64,000 nucleotides of DNA from Thalia democratica (taxonomy: Eukaryota): the NCBI GenBank assembly GCA_965202585.1, contig OZ241831.1, positions 12,462,001 through 12,526,000 of the forward strand, given 5' to 3'. Shown here piece after piece: positions 23,248 to 35,668 of this stretch. Every line of letters starts with the position of its first letter. Position 1 is the first letter of the stretch. The position numbers and the translations under genes were made by a program. The notes below the pieces were generated by a model, which worked only from the letters and a program-made list of their open reading frames with translations, was not told where the DNA came from and ran no database searches.

Positions 23248-24911
23248 GCATCTGTGATTGATCGAAGACAAACAAAAATTATTATCTTTCTTTATTTTAT
23301 CTTCATATATTCTATTATAACTTTTTTTTTTGATTAAATTTTACACTTTTTCTACATACATTTTTTAAAGTCTTAATAACAAATTTCATAGTATGTGTAA
23401 ATTGTTTTAAGCCTAAAAAAATTATTCAAAAAATACAATTAAAACAGAACTTTTACATAAATAACTTACAATGGCACAAAGCTCGTGTTTATATTTTAAC
23501 TTTAAAAAGTATATATTATCTTAATATGTTTTATCTTGTTTTATATTTTAACAACTTCCCATAGTCTTAAGAACACCTTTAATTATTTTTGAAAAAATAC
23601 TTTTGTTTTATTTCTTAATATACTTTTCTTTTTTTTTTTAATCATACCTAAAACTTAACTGCTTTTACATATACTTACAAAATAACACCTTTATGTGGGC
23701 TGTGTTTTTCTGTCTTAAATTAATACTTGTGATTAAAAAAGTTATTTGTGAACCGTTAAATGAAATAAAATATATTTTGTTGACTTTTAAAAAGTCTTTA
23801 TATAAGGCTTATCTTTGCTTAAATTTTTTATGCTATAACTCATAAACAAAAGTTTTAAGTGATCGTAAACTTTGGTTCTGCACTATGATAACTTCTTACA
23901 GCATCGTATAAGAAATGATCTTTATTTTTAAAAGAAGTTAAATCAGTATGTTATACAACTAAAACTTTAAAAAATTTTAACCATAATAGACTAACTACAT
24001 GTAAATTTTTTTAGCTATAAAAAGTTGTACTTTTCCTAATTTATCAACACTAATTTATCAAAAGATAAATTTTCTTTTATAGAAAAAATATGAATAACTT
24101 TATTTAATCATTAATTTGTTAGTTATATGCCTATAAAAAACAATTTTTGAAGTGTTTAAAGTTCAGCCACCGTTAGAGGATGATAGAATGTAAGATTCCT
24201 AGTTTTTTAAAAATTGCGACTTAATATTTTAATTGAAAATTCTTAAATTAAATCTTTCCCGTTTTTCAAAAATTAAACATACGTTTAGTTTCCTTTTTCA
24301 AAATTATATAATATGGTATATTTGAAAGTAGTTAGTTAAAAAAGTTTTAATGCTGTATAACAATTTTAACAACTTGTAAAGTAAAAATTAAACTTATCGA
24401 AAAGTTTTTTGTTTTAACTTTAGTACAACAAATAAGATCAAGTATATTAGTAATATAAGTATAATGTTTCATCATAATTGTTAATATAGAGTATCAAAAA
24501 CTATGACTCATACAAACAATGTTGTATAGGAGAATGTAAATGCAACACCATTTTTTAGCCTAATTTAAAAACGTATATAATACAGTCAATAGACTGTTTA
24601 AAAATTTATAACATTTTCATAGTTTTTACAAAACCGCATCGTTTTAAAAGTACCATACTTTTATTTCTCTGCCTAAAAACAGTTTCTTAACAGAATGTAA
24701 TTTTACAATTTAATTATTAGCATCTAAAATACATTCTAGTTTTAGTTAAATTCTAAGCCTTCATAGAATAAAACTATAGAAGTGTTTAAATAGTGTTTAC
24801 ATTTAAATTAACTTATTGGAGACCAATTTTGATATATCTTTTTTAAAAACCTCTTGGCACCAAAAGTCCAGTTTTATTTCAAAATTCAAACGATCGACCC
24901 GAAAACAGCTG

Positions 24912-24945
24912 AACTTACCTACGAAAAACGAAAATAGAACTAATT
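24912..24945 (-). other. Juxtaposed 3' and 5' splice sites (recursive-splice-site-like motif)
   Basis: Minus strand reads TTAATTAGTTCTATTTTCGTTTTTCGTAG|GTAAGTTC. Confidence 0.45.
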
Positions 24946-27900
24946 AACCGGCTATGCGGATCTTCAGGGTTTAATCTTATCGCAGCGGAGTCGTCTCATT
25001 TCTAATTGATAATGGAAGAAAGTTATAAGCACACGACAAACAAAGTGCATTAGTGCAATTTTTCTGCCGCGAGCTCACAAACTTAATAAAACTGAACTTC
25101 AACGCCGATGCCTTGGCATTTCAACAGTTAATTGGTAATGACTGTACGGTTTTAGCGAGAGGTGGTGGCAAATAAGTTTAGTTTTGACAAGTAGATGTGC
25201 GTTATTTATAAACTCATCCGAGTTGAAAATAAACCCGGCCTGTGTAGTAAGGTGTGCTTTGGCATGTTTTCGTTTGTTACACAAGCCTGATTACGATTAT
25301 GTTAATCTTTGCTAAGAGTAAAAACGTAGTGATACAAGCACTTTGCTTTGTGCGGTACGTAAAGGTTCGTAAAACTTTGCAACAATTTTGTAAGTTAAAT
25401 AACTTTAATGTTTTGACTACTAAGTGCTTCTAATATACTAGTTTATTATACTTATAACTAGAAATTAAACTTACACTCATTTAAATAGTTTAGTAGTTTA
25501 AGTATCTTGAAAATATTATGACATTTGAATTATTCTAAAGTATAACACCTAATACTTTTTAAATCAGTACTAAAACACAACTGACTCGCTTCTACATTAG
25601 CTTATTGAAATTATACGAAATAGTTATATTGCATTTGAGTTATGTAGACAAACCTATTGATATTTCGTCCGGAATTATGAATATTATATTTGAATAAAAC
25701 AATATAAACTTGTTTTCCCCGGAATTAATGACATTTTATTTTCAATTTGCATTAAGACAAAAACACATTTCTAAACAACGAATAATGGTTCAGAATTGCT
25801 AAGCATTTTTAATTTGCCGTAGCAAAGTAGTTTTACAATGAAGATATGTAATGTAGCCGGATAACATGCTAATTGGCCCACCTAAGTAGTGATAATACGA
25901 AGCTTACCGAATTGCTTTCAAAAAAGTTTATGAACTGCCTATTAACCTTTTTTTTTTAGAATTTTTCTCAATCAACTATTCTTGTTTATCATACCTCTTC
26001 TCATTTCATTAAACCTTAAATAACTTATTTGATACTTTGACTTGAGTTGTGAAAATCGTGGAGGCAAAAGATTATGAATGTGCAATACTGTATATACATT
26101 AGATAATTAAGAATAAAATATTTTTTAATGATAAGAAAACCAGTTTTGCAACGTCATAGTTTGTTTAATTATAATTCTATTTAACCTGTATCAAAAAAAA
26201 AAAAACTCGTTAACAATGGTTTGGTTAAATCAAGATTATAAAAAACCACTTTCAATCAACTTTTGATTACATTTTATTCAATACATACTTAATAACTAAA
26301 TTTAAACTACCTTTAAACCAAGTTTTATTACCGCTGTAGTTTTATTTTGAGTGCTGTGTAGTTTTGAAAATATTTAGTCTAACCCAACACTTACTACGAA
26401 CGATATAATAATACTAATCTTCATTTATTTGCTAATTTAATACGTCACAATTCATTGGCCAGAAAGGAGGATACAACTAATACAAACCATTGTGACGCAA
26501 TGGGCACGATCAAAGTAAAAAATTAGTAAGTAATCGTAATAATAAGCAACATATTACTAACAGAAAGACTTGGTTAATTACGTCTAAATCTACTTATTTT
26601 ATTTCAAAGGAAGTTTAACAGTATAATAAAACAAATTTGGTTTAGCATATTTAAAAGTATAAAGCAGGCAAAAGTATAAACATAAGCATACAACTAGATA
26701 CGAAAAAAAACGTAGTATAAAATTGTTTTAATTCTGTGTTTGAAGTGAGTTTTTTCGTAGTTGTAGATAAAGACAAGCACCAATTATATATGTTACGTTT
26801 TTTTTTTTTAATTTTTAGAAAACAAAACTTCAATATAAGGTAGAAAATAATGAGCCAGCATAAGAATATTTTAAAGTTTATAAATTCATTAAATAGCTAT
26901 TACTATGCATTAGGTTAATTATCAGCTTAAAACGGCTTGGTTATAAGTATTACAACTGAGAATAATGAGAAGCTTATTAAGCTTAGTATATTTAATGCTG
27001 AGCAATTACTGTAATATCTAATTAAACGCTTACCTAACAGTATTACATCAAACATTATCATTTTACACAGTAAAACTAGTAAAAAAAATACGTAGTTAAT
27101 TATTTGTATCTTAATGCCGTTATTTATATTACTAAGCTAAATACACAACGGTAAACGAATGCCGACAAAACGACTTAAACTATGAAAATTAAAAAAACAC
27201 TACTGAAAGTTTTTTTTTTCTGATTATGGATTTTTTTTTGATCAAACGTTAATAAAAATCTAGAAGCCAAAATTGACAAATTTGTAATTAGTTTTAAACA
27301 TCTTTAAATAAAAACTGTTTTTCTGAACTAAACAGTAAATATAGTTTAACTAGATTTAGATAACTAATTTTTTCATTTTCTAAATTTTTATTTTTTACAT
27401 ATTAAGATGGAACACATTATTATAAATTGTTTTAAAATACTAATAGCAATTTTAACTAAAGTTTCGAAGTAAATAATTGGTTAAAAATTTTTTAACTAAA
27501 ATTTGTTATTTTTATAACAACTTGAAAATTTTAATCTTTTTTAACTCTTTTTAAAGTTACGTTGAGCTAATATTTTAAAGTACATTTCAATTTTAAGTTA
27601 TGTATTTCAGATTTTTTTTTTATTTTTAATTATAAAATTTACAAAAACTACTCCATTAATAAAACTAACATTTCAAGTTCTGAGTAATTATGTAAAAATC
27701 TTAAAGTGCAAAAGTGAACACAAACATTTTATATAAATTTATGAACCAAGTTATTTATCTTTAAGAAACACTATTACACTGCTAAAAATTGTCTACTTTT
27801 TAGAGTAGCAGAGCAATTTATCACTACTTATAATTAGACTTTAGATTGATTGAACAAAAAAACTGTTTACTTAGCAAAAATTTTCTTAATCCATATATAA

Positions 27901-29945
27901 TTACTCTTTTTTTTACTCAGTAAGCTATTTTAGCTACTTTACTTAATGTCTAGACTATATTTATTAGACAAATTTTTGCTTTGTACAAAATATCATATTA
28001 TATTCTTTTCTTTTACCCATTAGTGCAGAGATCCATTAGAGTTACTAATTGATAAAAATCACAATTTTCAATGCATTATTATTAATCTCTAGAAAACTAA
28101 GTTTTTACTTTTGAAGTATTATTCAAAAGTAAATAGCTGTAATCTACAAAAAGCTGTAATTTAGTTTCATCGAAATTGATAAAATCATGTACGTTTCATA
28201 AAACAAAAATTAAGAAAAAAATAAGTGCGAGTTTAAATTTTTAAGTTTTTTTATTTCAAAAACTATAAAACTAGTTTTTAAAATAATAAAACTTGTACTA
28301 GAAGAAAAACATTCAAGCAAACAGCATTTATTCTAGTTTCTATTAATATTTTCAAATATAAGAGAAATATCATTGTTGCACCACCGAAACCCGGAAAGTG
28401 CTTTCAACTCATAAATATTTAACTTGACTTTTATCGCTAAATTTCTTCGTTTTTTTTGTAAACAAAAATCAGCGTTAATTGTTTGTTGAAAGGCAGTTTT
28501 CAGTTTTAATTTATTTTTGTCCTTTCAAAAAGACAGAACGTTTTTTTTTTCAGCAACTTAAGTCGCATTTATAAAAAAAATGTTGTCAAGAATTTTGTGA
28601 TTAAAATTTTAAAAGATACTTTTTGTGATATATTTTTTATATATATTTATTTTGGTATAGATAAAAGGACTAGAAATCAAAAATATTGTGCTGAGGCTGG
28701 TTACTGAAGAAAAACTAAGTCAATATTGAATAGATAACTGTGTATCGTTTAAACAAAAACTTGTCCTACTTTATTTTGTTATCTTTAGTATGAAACTTTT
28801 TAATAACTTATTAAGACGAGCAAAATTTAAACTTTGTTTTGCTTATTAACAGCATTTACAATTTAAGTATAAAACTTTTATTTAACATTTCAAAACCTAT
28901 TTTTCAGTAGATACAACTGAGGATAAGTAAAAAGTTCTTAAAACTTTCAATTAATAGTCAAAAATTTTATTTACGTATCCAAAAACGAAATAAACATGAT
29001 TACAATCTTTACAAAAACATAATCAATAGTGTTACTTCATTATCTATGAACATATAAACATTTTTTATAAAGACGGGTTAAAACCTGAAACAATAATAAA
29101 ACATACTTAGTTCAAACTGATAAATGAAACAAAACTGTTTATCAAATTTAAAAAAGAAAGGAAGTTTTTTTAATTATAATTGACTAAGCTAAGTGTCAGG
29201 TAGGTGTAAGACTTAAATTAATTTTAACTACAAAAACTAGTTATTTCAAAAAAAATTAATTAATGAAAAACCAAAAATTGTTCAAAAATACTTTTATGAT
29301 GGTTTTTCCACTATTATTAACCTATTTTAGCAAGCAAAAACAAAATTCCCAAATAAAACTCTTGAACGCAATTTTTAAGGTTTTTTTATTTAAAATTAAG
29401 CAAATGTTAAGCTCAAGTTTAGATATTTTGCATAACTTTCAAAAAAACACTGTTAATAAAAGTTAATACACTGTGAACATGGTGTAGGCGAAACCGTGAT
29501 CAATATTATTATGTCAGCTTTCACGCCACCTTTTATAACTTTGCAGTGTGCTCGATTCGATATGCTTCAATTTGCATCAAAGTACAACCTACTACTACCA
29601 GTTCAAGCGTATGTATGTGCTATCAAAATAGGAAGTAATGTGCTATGATTGTTGTTGCTTTATTTCCAAACAATTTGTATTACTGCAATTTATTTACAGT
29701 TTATTTCGAAAACGATTGGTTTTAATGATTTTTAGTAAAAAAATGTTTTCTTGTTTTAGCTATAGAGATATGTTTATATTACTAGCTTTATTATAAAACA
29801 TTTTATTATAATTTTTTATTTAGCTCTACATGGTAAACAAAAATCAAAGTTAGTTAGTTCTTATACGTTTATAAGCGCAATAAAAAAGTTATTTTCAAGA
29901 TCAGTTTTCACAACAACATGAGTAAATTAATAAAATCATATTTAC

Positions 29946-30317
29946 ATTCTGCTCTCGTACAATTAGCTGTCGATCAAACACGTTGCGGCACGCAAAAAGG
30001 CGCAAACTTTTGCTTTCGAAGTCAAACAGTGTCAACGCGTTGGCAGGCGATTTAACAAAGACGAACCGGCCTACAAACGCACAAAAACCTACTAATAAAA
30101 TGATGGAAAACCAGCATCTCTTGAAACCGACGAAACTGGTTGATAGGTCGCCTTTCATCTCGCTGAAGGAAAATATTTGTCGCGTGCCAAGAAGAGTGGT
30201 ACTCGCGCGCAGGGCAAATGTCACTTGCATTGAGCTTTGTTTTGAAAACGCGAGGTTGCCGAGGAATTTCAACGAAGGCTGAGGATTACTCGGCACTGAG
30301 AAACTGCTTCGTTTCAT
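29946..30317 (-). CDS. Unassigned exon-like ORF (124 codons, ATG to GTAAAT donor) with an internal hydrophobic segment
   Basis: The ORF spans a GC-rich island, has an AAG-ATG context, contains WFSIILLVGFCAFVGRFVFV and ends at a phase 0 donor. No recognised homology and no downstream exon found. Confidence 0.35.
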
Positions 30318-33300
30318 CTTCTCTTAATTAATTGCTAATTGCCTTCCAAGCGAGAAAGAACTGAATTATTGTCTTTAAAACGTGCTCAACGTTTTTATTG
30401 AGCTGCTGTCAAACCTGCTTCGCTTCATACAGCTTTTTTTTTTACTTTTTAGTGTTTTTACTTTTGATTTGGTTCTCTTAGTGCGCAGTAAACAACCTCT
30501 GTTTGTTTTTATTTGTTTTTTTTTTTAGGTTTTAAAAAAGATTCAACATGTTTTTTTTATTCAAAATAAGCTTTTTATAAAAAAAACTAGGTCAATTTGC
30601 CTCATTTTGTTACCTTCTATTTTGGTATACTTTTTTTTTACTGAGCCTACTGTTTGTTTTCAGAGCTTATTGAGTAGTTTTCATGCATTTTAATCACCAA
30701 ACAGTTGACAAGGTGCACATATGCCTTATTACTGTGGTGTTAATGGCTTGTCTGCGGCACACGTGTCCTATTAAAACTCATGTTTTTTAATACTAAAGCT
30801 TATGTGTGCTTCTAGCCTAATCTCAATAGACCTTGATTAACCAAGCTCTAAATCATTGCAGTTCACTTCACGTGAAAATGTTCCGCGCGTTCTAACAAAC
30901 TAGTTTAAATTTGTGAAGCATAGAATTAACTAAAATACGTCTATGTTAAGTGATTGTTTCGTATCTATAAGGTTTACAACGTACAACTTAAACGTCAGAA
31001 AAACCTTTAAAATAAAACTTATATTCTATATAAGCTGTTATAAAGTCTAAAACGGTAAATTAGTAAAAATTTTTAGGTTAAAGCCTTACGTAATGCATAA
31101 TTATCTTCAATTGCGATCCTAATGCCTGTTAACAAACTAACTTTGTATTATGAGCTTTTAAACAAGGAGACACACCTTTATAAAAAATAGTTACTATTTG
31201 ATAAAAAAAAATTTCGACTATCAATTTATACGTTTCCCCTCTATGGAAGAATCTAATCAAAACGTCGTCTTTCAAAACTGCTCGTTGGTCAAATTAGCGC
31301 GTAATTAACCTTACCCTCGACAATATGCAAGGCGTCGCGCTGTCTTGTGCTGAATGGTTAATATCATTACTAATGACAGTCGTAAGACAGCAAGTGCGCC
31401 GCGCAATCAACATCGCATTCGTATCTATTGCCAGGAATGCAACTACTCAGTGTTGGGATTGTACGGTGAATTGGTGGAACAGGCTTCACAGTTTGTTTCA
31501 GCATTTCAGTTTGACCAGTCACATTTTTAGCGTTATGTACTTAATGAGTGTTTGTTTTATAAATTATTTTAAGGTTAGAAATTATGTAGTTCATTAAATA
31601 TGTCATAAGATTTCTCTAAAGGATGAAGTAGCTCATTTCACTTATACTTAAAACTTTATTTTTTTACAAATTAAAACCTAAAATAAAGTTTTGTAATCTA
31701 GAAAACTCTTAAAATTTGTAATGAAAAATTAAGTATATTAAAAACAGTTAAAAAAGGTATACAAATAAAAAAAATAAGTTTTATGCATTTCGTTACTTGT
31801 TTTTATTAAAAGCCAAGATTTTATTCAGCTTATAGTACATTTGTACTACAAGATAACTCAAATATTTTTCAGTATGTGTTGTTAAGTTTTAAGCTTTAAA
31901 ATTTATGAGTTACACAGTTAAGTATTCTATAATTTTTATTTATCAGGACTTTTTCTTTGCTCATCTTAACGAATTGCTATAATGAATCAGTTTGTTTTTT
32001 TGCTTTTGTATAGTTTAAACAAAAAATGAGTTCATACAGTATAAAATACCTTTCAAGAGCTTGAAACTCAGTATTTTTTTAAATTTATGAAATGATCAAG
32101 TAAAATGGTTGTGTATATTAACTATTGCTTTTAACTATTTACTTAATAATTAAGATAACTATTTATTTTAGTGTGTAGTTTATATATTTAACTTTATTAC
32201 TACTGGCATTGATGTTGTTTGATTCAAATAATATGTAAAGAAACAACTTGTTTTACCTAATTGAAAGAAGTTTACCACCTTAGCTGTGGAACTGATTAGA
32301 TTGTATGCAATACATTACAAATAGTACAGTTATTCATTAGAAAATTCTTATTTACTTGTTAACAAATTTTTTTGTATGAGTTTTATAAATTAAGTTGTGA
32401 AACCAATTTATTTTACTTAATAAGTGCTTTTTTAGTTCTTTAATATTGTCTCCGTAGTATAGATGTATTTAATAGAGAAATTACATCTTCATAAAACTTA
32501 AATATAGAAAACTAACCAAGTTTTTTTCTTTTAAATACCTAGAAAAAAAATCACTTTTTTTAGTTTGTTACTTTTTCACGTGGTTTTAAAGATCAGTTTT
32601 TTGTTTAATTTCAAAACTGTTGCATAAAAAATAGTAAAAGCTAAAACTTCACAAGCATGCTACATTTTAGAAAAACTAAACCTGTATGCTCCATCTAAAA
32701 TTTCAGTTTTACATAGAGTTGTTTACAACAACTTCAAATGAAAATCATTTTTGCTTCAAACCTTGACTATTTTTCAGAATATTTAACTTTTACTTAGCTT
32801 CATTATAGTATATAAAGTATTTGAAACTTGTATGTTTTAAGTGTACATCGCATAGTTTTTTTAATGTATTTGAAAAAAAAATTAAAAAACATAATAAGCA
32901 AGTAGTGTGTTTATAAAACCTGAATATACTAACACAACTTATTTTGTTTATAAAGCTATATTTCAAAAGTAGCTGACAGTTGCATATTTAATTTCTCAAT
33001 TTGTTTACGAAATAAGTCAATTAATAATTCACAATTATGAGTTAGATTATCTGAAATATTGTATTCAGAGTAAAGTAGTTGTATTATAGTATGATATTTA
33101 CTAATTATTTAGTATTCATAGCTACTGAATTGTGTTTATTTTTTGTTTCTTGATATACTGTAGAATTTTACTAGTTTTTCTAAATCAAAACAAACTTTTT
33201 TTGCGGTAAAATTTTACTAGTTATTTCTAGATTATGAGATAACATTTATAACATGTTATAATTTTATTATAATTTTTGTAAGCGTAGATAACATGTTTTT

Positions 33301-34559
33301 TTTCATGCATTCTTTTGGAAATTTTAAATTATTAAATCGAAGATAAAAAATAAAAATCGCCAAATTTTTTTTTATTGTAAAGCAAAACTTTTCAAATCGA
33401 TAAAGCCTGTTTCATTTCGGTTCTCATAATTCGAACGTCTCAGACGCCGTCTTTCAACTGATTGCATTTTTGTTCAAATCGCAGCTTGAAAACTTATGTC
33501 AGCTTACATTTTCTTCTTACCAAACAATGGCAGGCAAACGAATTAAAAAAGATCTGCTGCTTACACAGTAGTGTTTGAGGTGGTAAGCGGTGGTTTAACA
33601 CATGATAATGTCAGCAAACATGACTAAATCAAGTGAGCGTATGACTTTAATACGTTGCGAGTGCGACTATTACACGTAACCTAAGGCAATTGGTATTAAC
33701 AAATACATTTTACTTGAGGATATTTTTTTAAAGTTTAAACAATTTGTAAACTTAAGTGGTTGTTTTGACTTTGTAAAGTTTTGATTTTTTCAGAAAAGTT
33801 ATAAAGTTGTTGCAACAAGTGTTCTTTAAACTGTTGAATATTGTTAGTAAGAAACATCAAGGATTCAATTTTGAATTACCTTTTGTTGAGATTTAGCGAA
33901 CAACATTAGTCAAAGGGCAATTTACGAAATGCGAAACGGATATCAATCCATTAAAAGCAAAAGGGAGTTGATTATAATCTTCACATCGCGTTCCAAATGT
34001 TAATAAAGTTTAAAAACATGCTTAATACTAAAACGTTTTAAATTACCTCTTTGATTTTGTGTATTTTATTTAAATATGAGTGCTATTCAAGTTCTTATCT
34101 TTATATTTTTTGATAGGTTTAATGATTGCGTTTACTGTAAGTAAAAGAATTAGTGCTAAATTAATTTTAAACAGAATATATTTTAGTCCATAAAAGAATA
34201 ATTTGGACTACAGGTCCTTTAAACAGTTTTCATAATGCTTAAAACAACTTATAAATCTTGATTTCGTTAATTTTCTTTTATTTGATATTCAATAATACAG
34301 CTTTTAGAATATAAGGCAAATCACTTTTTATAAATATTTTTTACATGTGTATGATACAGTAATTATTCTGCTACTTTTGTACCAAATTTTAATTTTTCAT
34401 TAGATTTCTTTTAGACCAGTTTGGTATTAACAGTACTGAAGTTATGAATAAAATATAGTTTGTTAATTTTTATTGTACATAGTTAGAATACAATAAAACT
34501 AAAAGTTTAACAACAACGAGGTTTTATGAAAAGTAAAGCCAATTTTTGCTACTTAGAAC

Positions 34560-35110
34560 AAAGAATAAATTGCACAAACGAAAAAGTTCAACGCAGGTTT
34601 CGAGAAAAGAAAAGAATTAAAAGACGAGCTTAAGTTTCATAAAATTACGATTTGTGCACGAGAATCACACCGGTATCGATTTTCGCTTTTCGTGCTCTGC
34701 TAATCTCAAATGCAATCTACGAGAGTTCTACAATGATCGGCGGGCGATCGGCGCAATGCAGCAGGAGAAGACAGCGGCTGGGAAAAACGCGACAATTTGA
34801 GAGAAGCAACAGAAAAACGAGAGAGTAGCCAGATGAGTTTGCTTTCAGTGAAAGCGGCCATTCAAGTGAATATGTGGTGGCAAATTGCATTGCGATTACA
34901 TGTTGTGATAAACACATCAGTGCGCGAGTTTCGCGCTGTGCGCAGCAGACGGAGCAGTTGATGCCGACTCGACTCTAGAATCGGAGCGAGCTCGCGGCTG
35001 TCAAAAAGCAACGAGCCATCAGATAAGTTATCAGTTTGCACTCTCGTTTTATCGATTACAGTCTAGTGATGCCAGCATCAACTTTTTTGTTCCACTGCGT
35101 TATGATGTTC
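34560..35110. promoter_or_regulatory. CpG-rich island upstream of candidate Cav1 exon 1A; putative promoter
   Basis: Dense CpG and GC-rich sequence without a convincing ORF, about 0.5 kb upstream of the ATG at 35563. A GTAAGT donor near 35305 suggests a 5'UTR exon. Confidence 0.45.
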
Positions 35111-35562
35111 AAACGTTTTGTTTTCACTTGTTTTTGTGCGAGCTTTTTTTTTTTTGTTGAGATGCAGTAATTTGTGGAGTTTAGATGCTGTTTTTTGTCA
35201 AAGTTTAAGAAAGTTTTTTTTTTCCTAGCCGGTAAAAAGTAAAGAAAAAGCATAAGAAAAATTATTGTGCTTATTGCGAATTCCTGTATTAGCACATTAG
35301 TATGTAAGTTATTTTTTTCTCATTAAAAAGAAAACAGTTTGTATCTTTAAAATGTAATCTTGAATTAGTCTATATTTGTCAATTCATCAAAATCATTAAC
35401 AGATTATCGTAGTTATAAAATATTATTTTTTTTTTTAGATACTTTATTTGAGTAGTAAATTAAAACATAATAAAGTTGTTTTAATTCCAAATGTTCCGAA
35501 TCTCTAAAGCACATGGAACCAGAAGACACTAGAAAAGTTAAAGTAAAAAACAGTCAGTGAAA

Positions 35563-35668
35563 ATGGTGGAAACAAAAGCAAATGGAAAACAAAAAGATAA
35601 GTTGTCAAGGGAATCTAACACGCAAGGCTCGTTGTCAAGGGAACGGCATAGAAGGGTCCATATACCAG
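35563..35668 (+). CDS. Cav1 candidate alternative first coding exon 1A
   Basis: AAA-ATG; [35 protein letters not shown]; perfect CAG|GTAAGT donor in phase 1, the phase required by the exon at 57542. Not in the ORF track. Confidence 0.55.

Noticed and set aside
29583-29595. 13-nt perfect complement to let-7 nt 5-17 (TACAACCTACTAC)
   Set aside because: The seed region does not match, no precursor hairpin forms on the minus strand, the match is partly a (CTA)n repeat, and no UTR is known to cover it.
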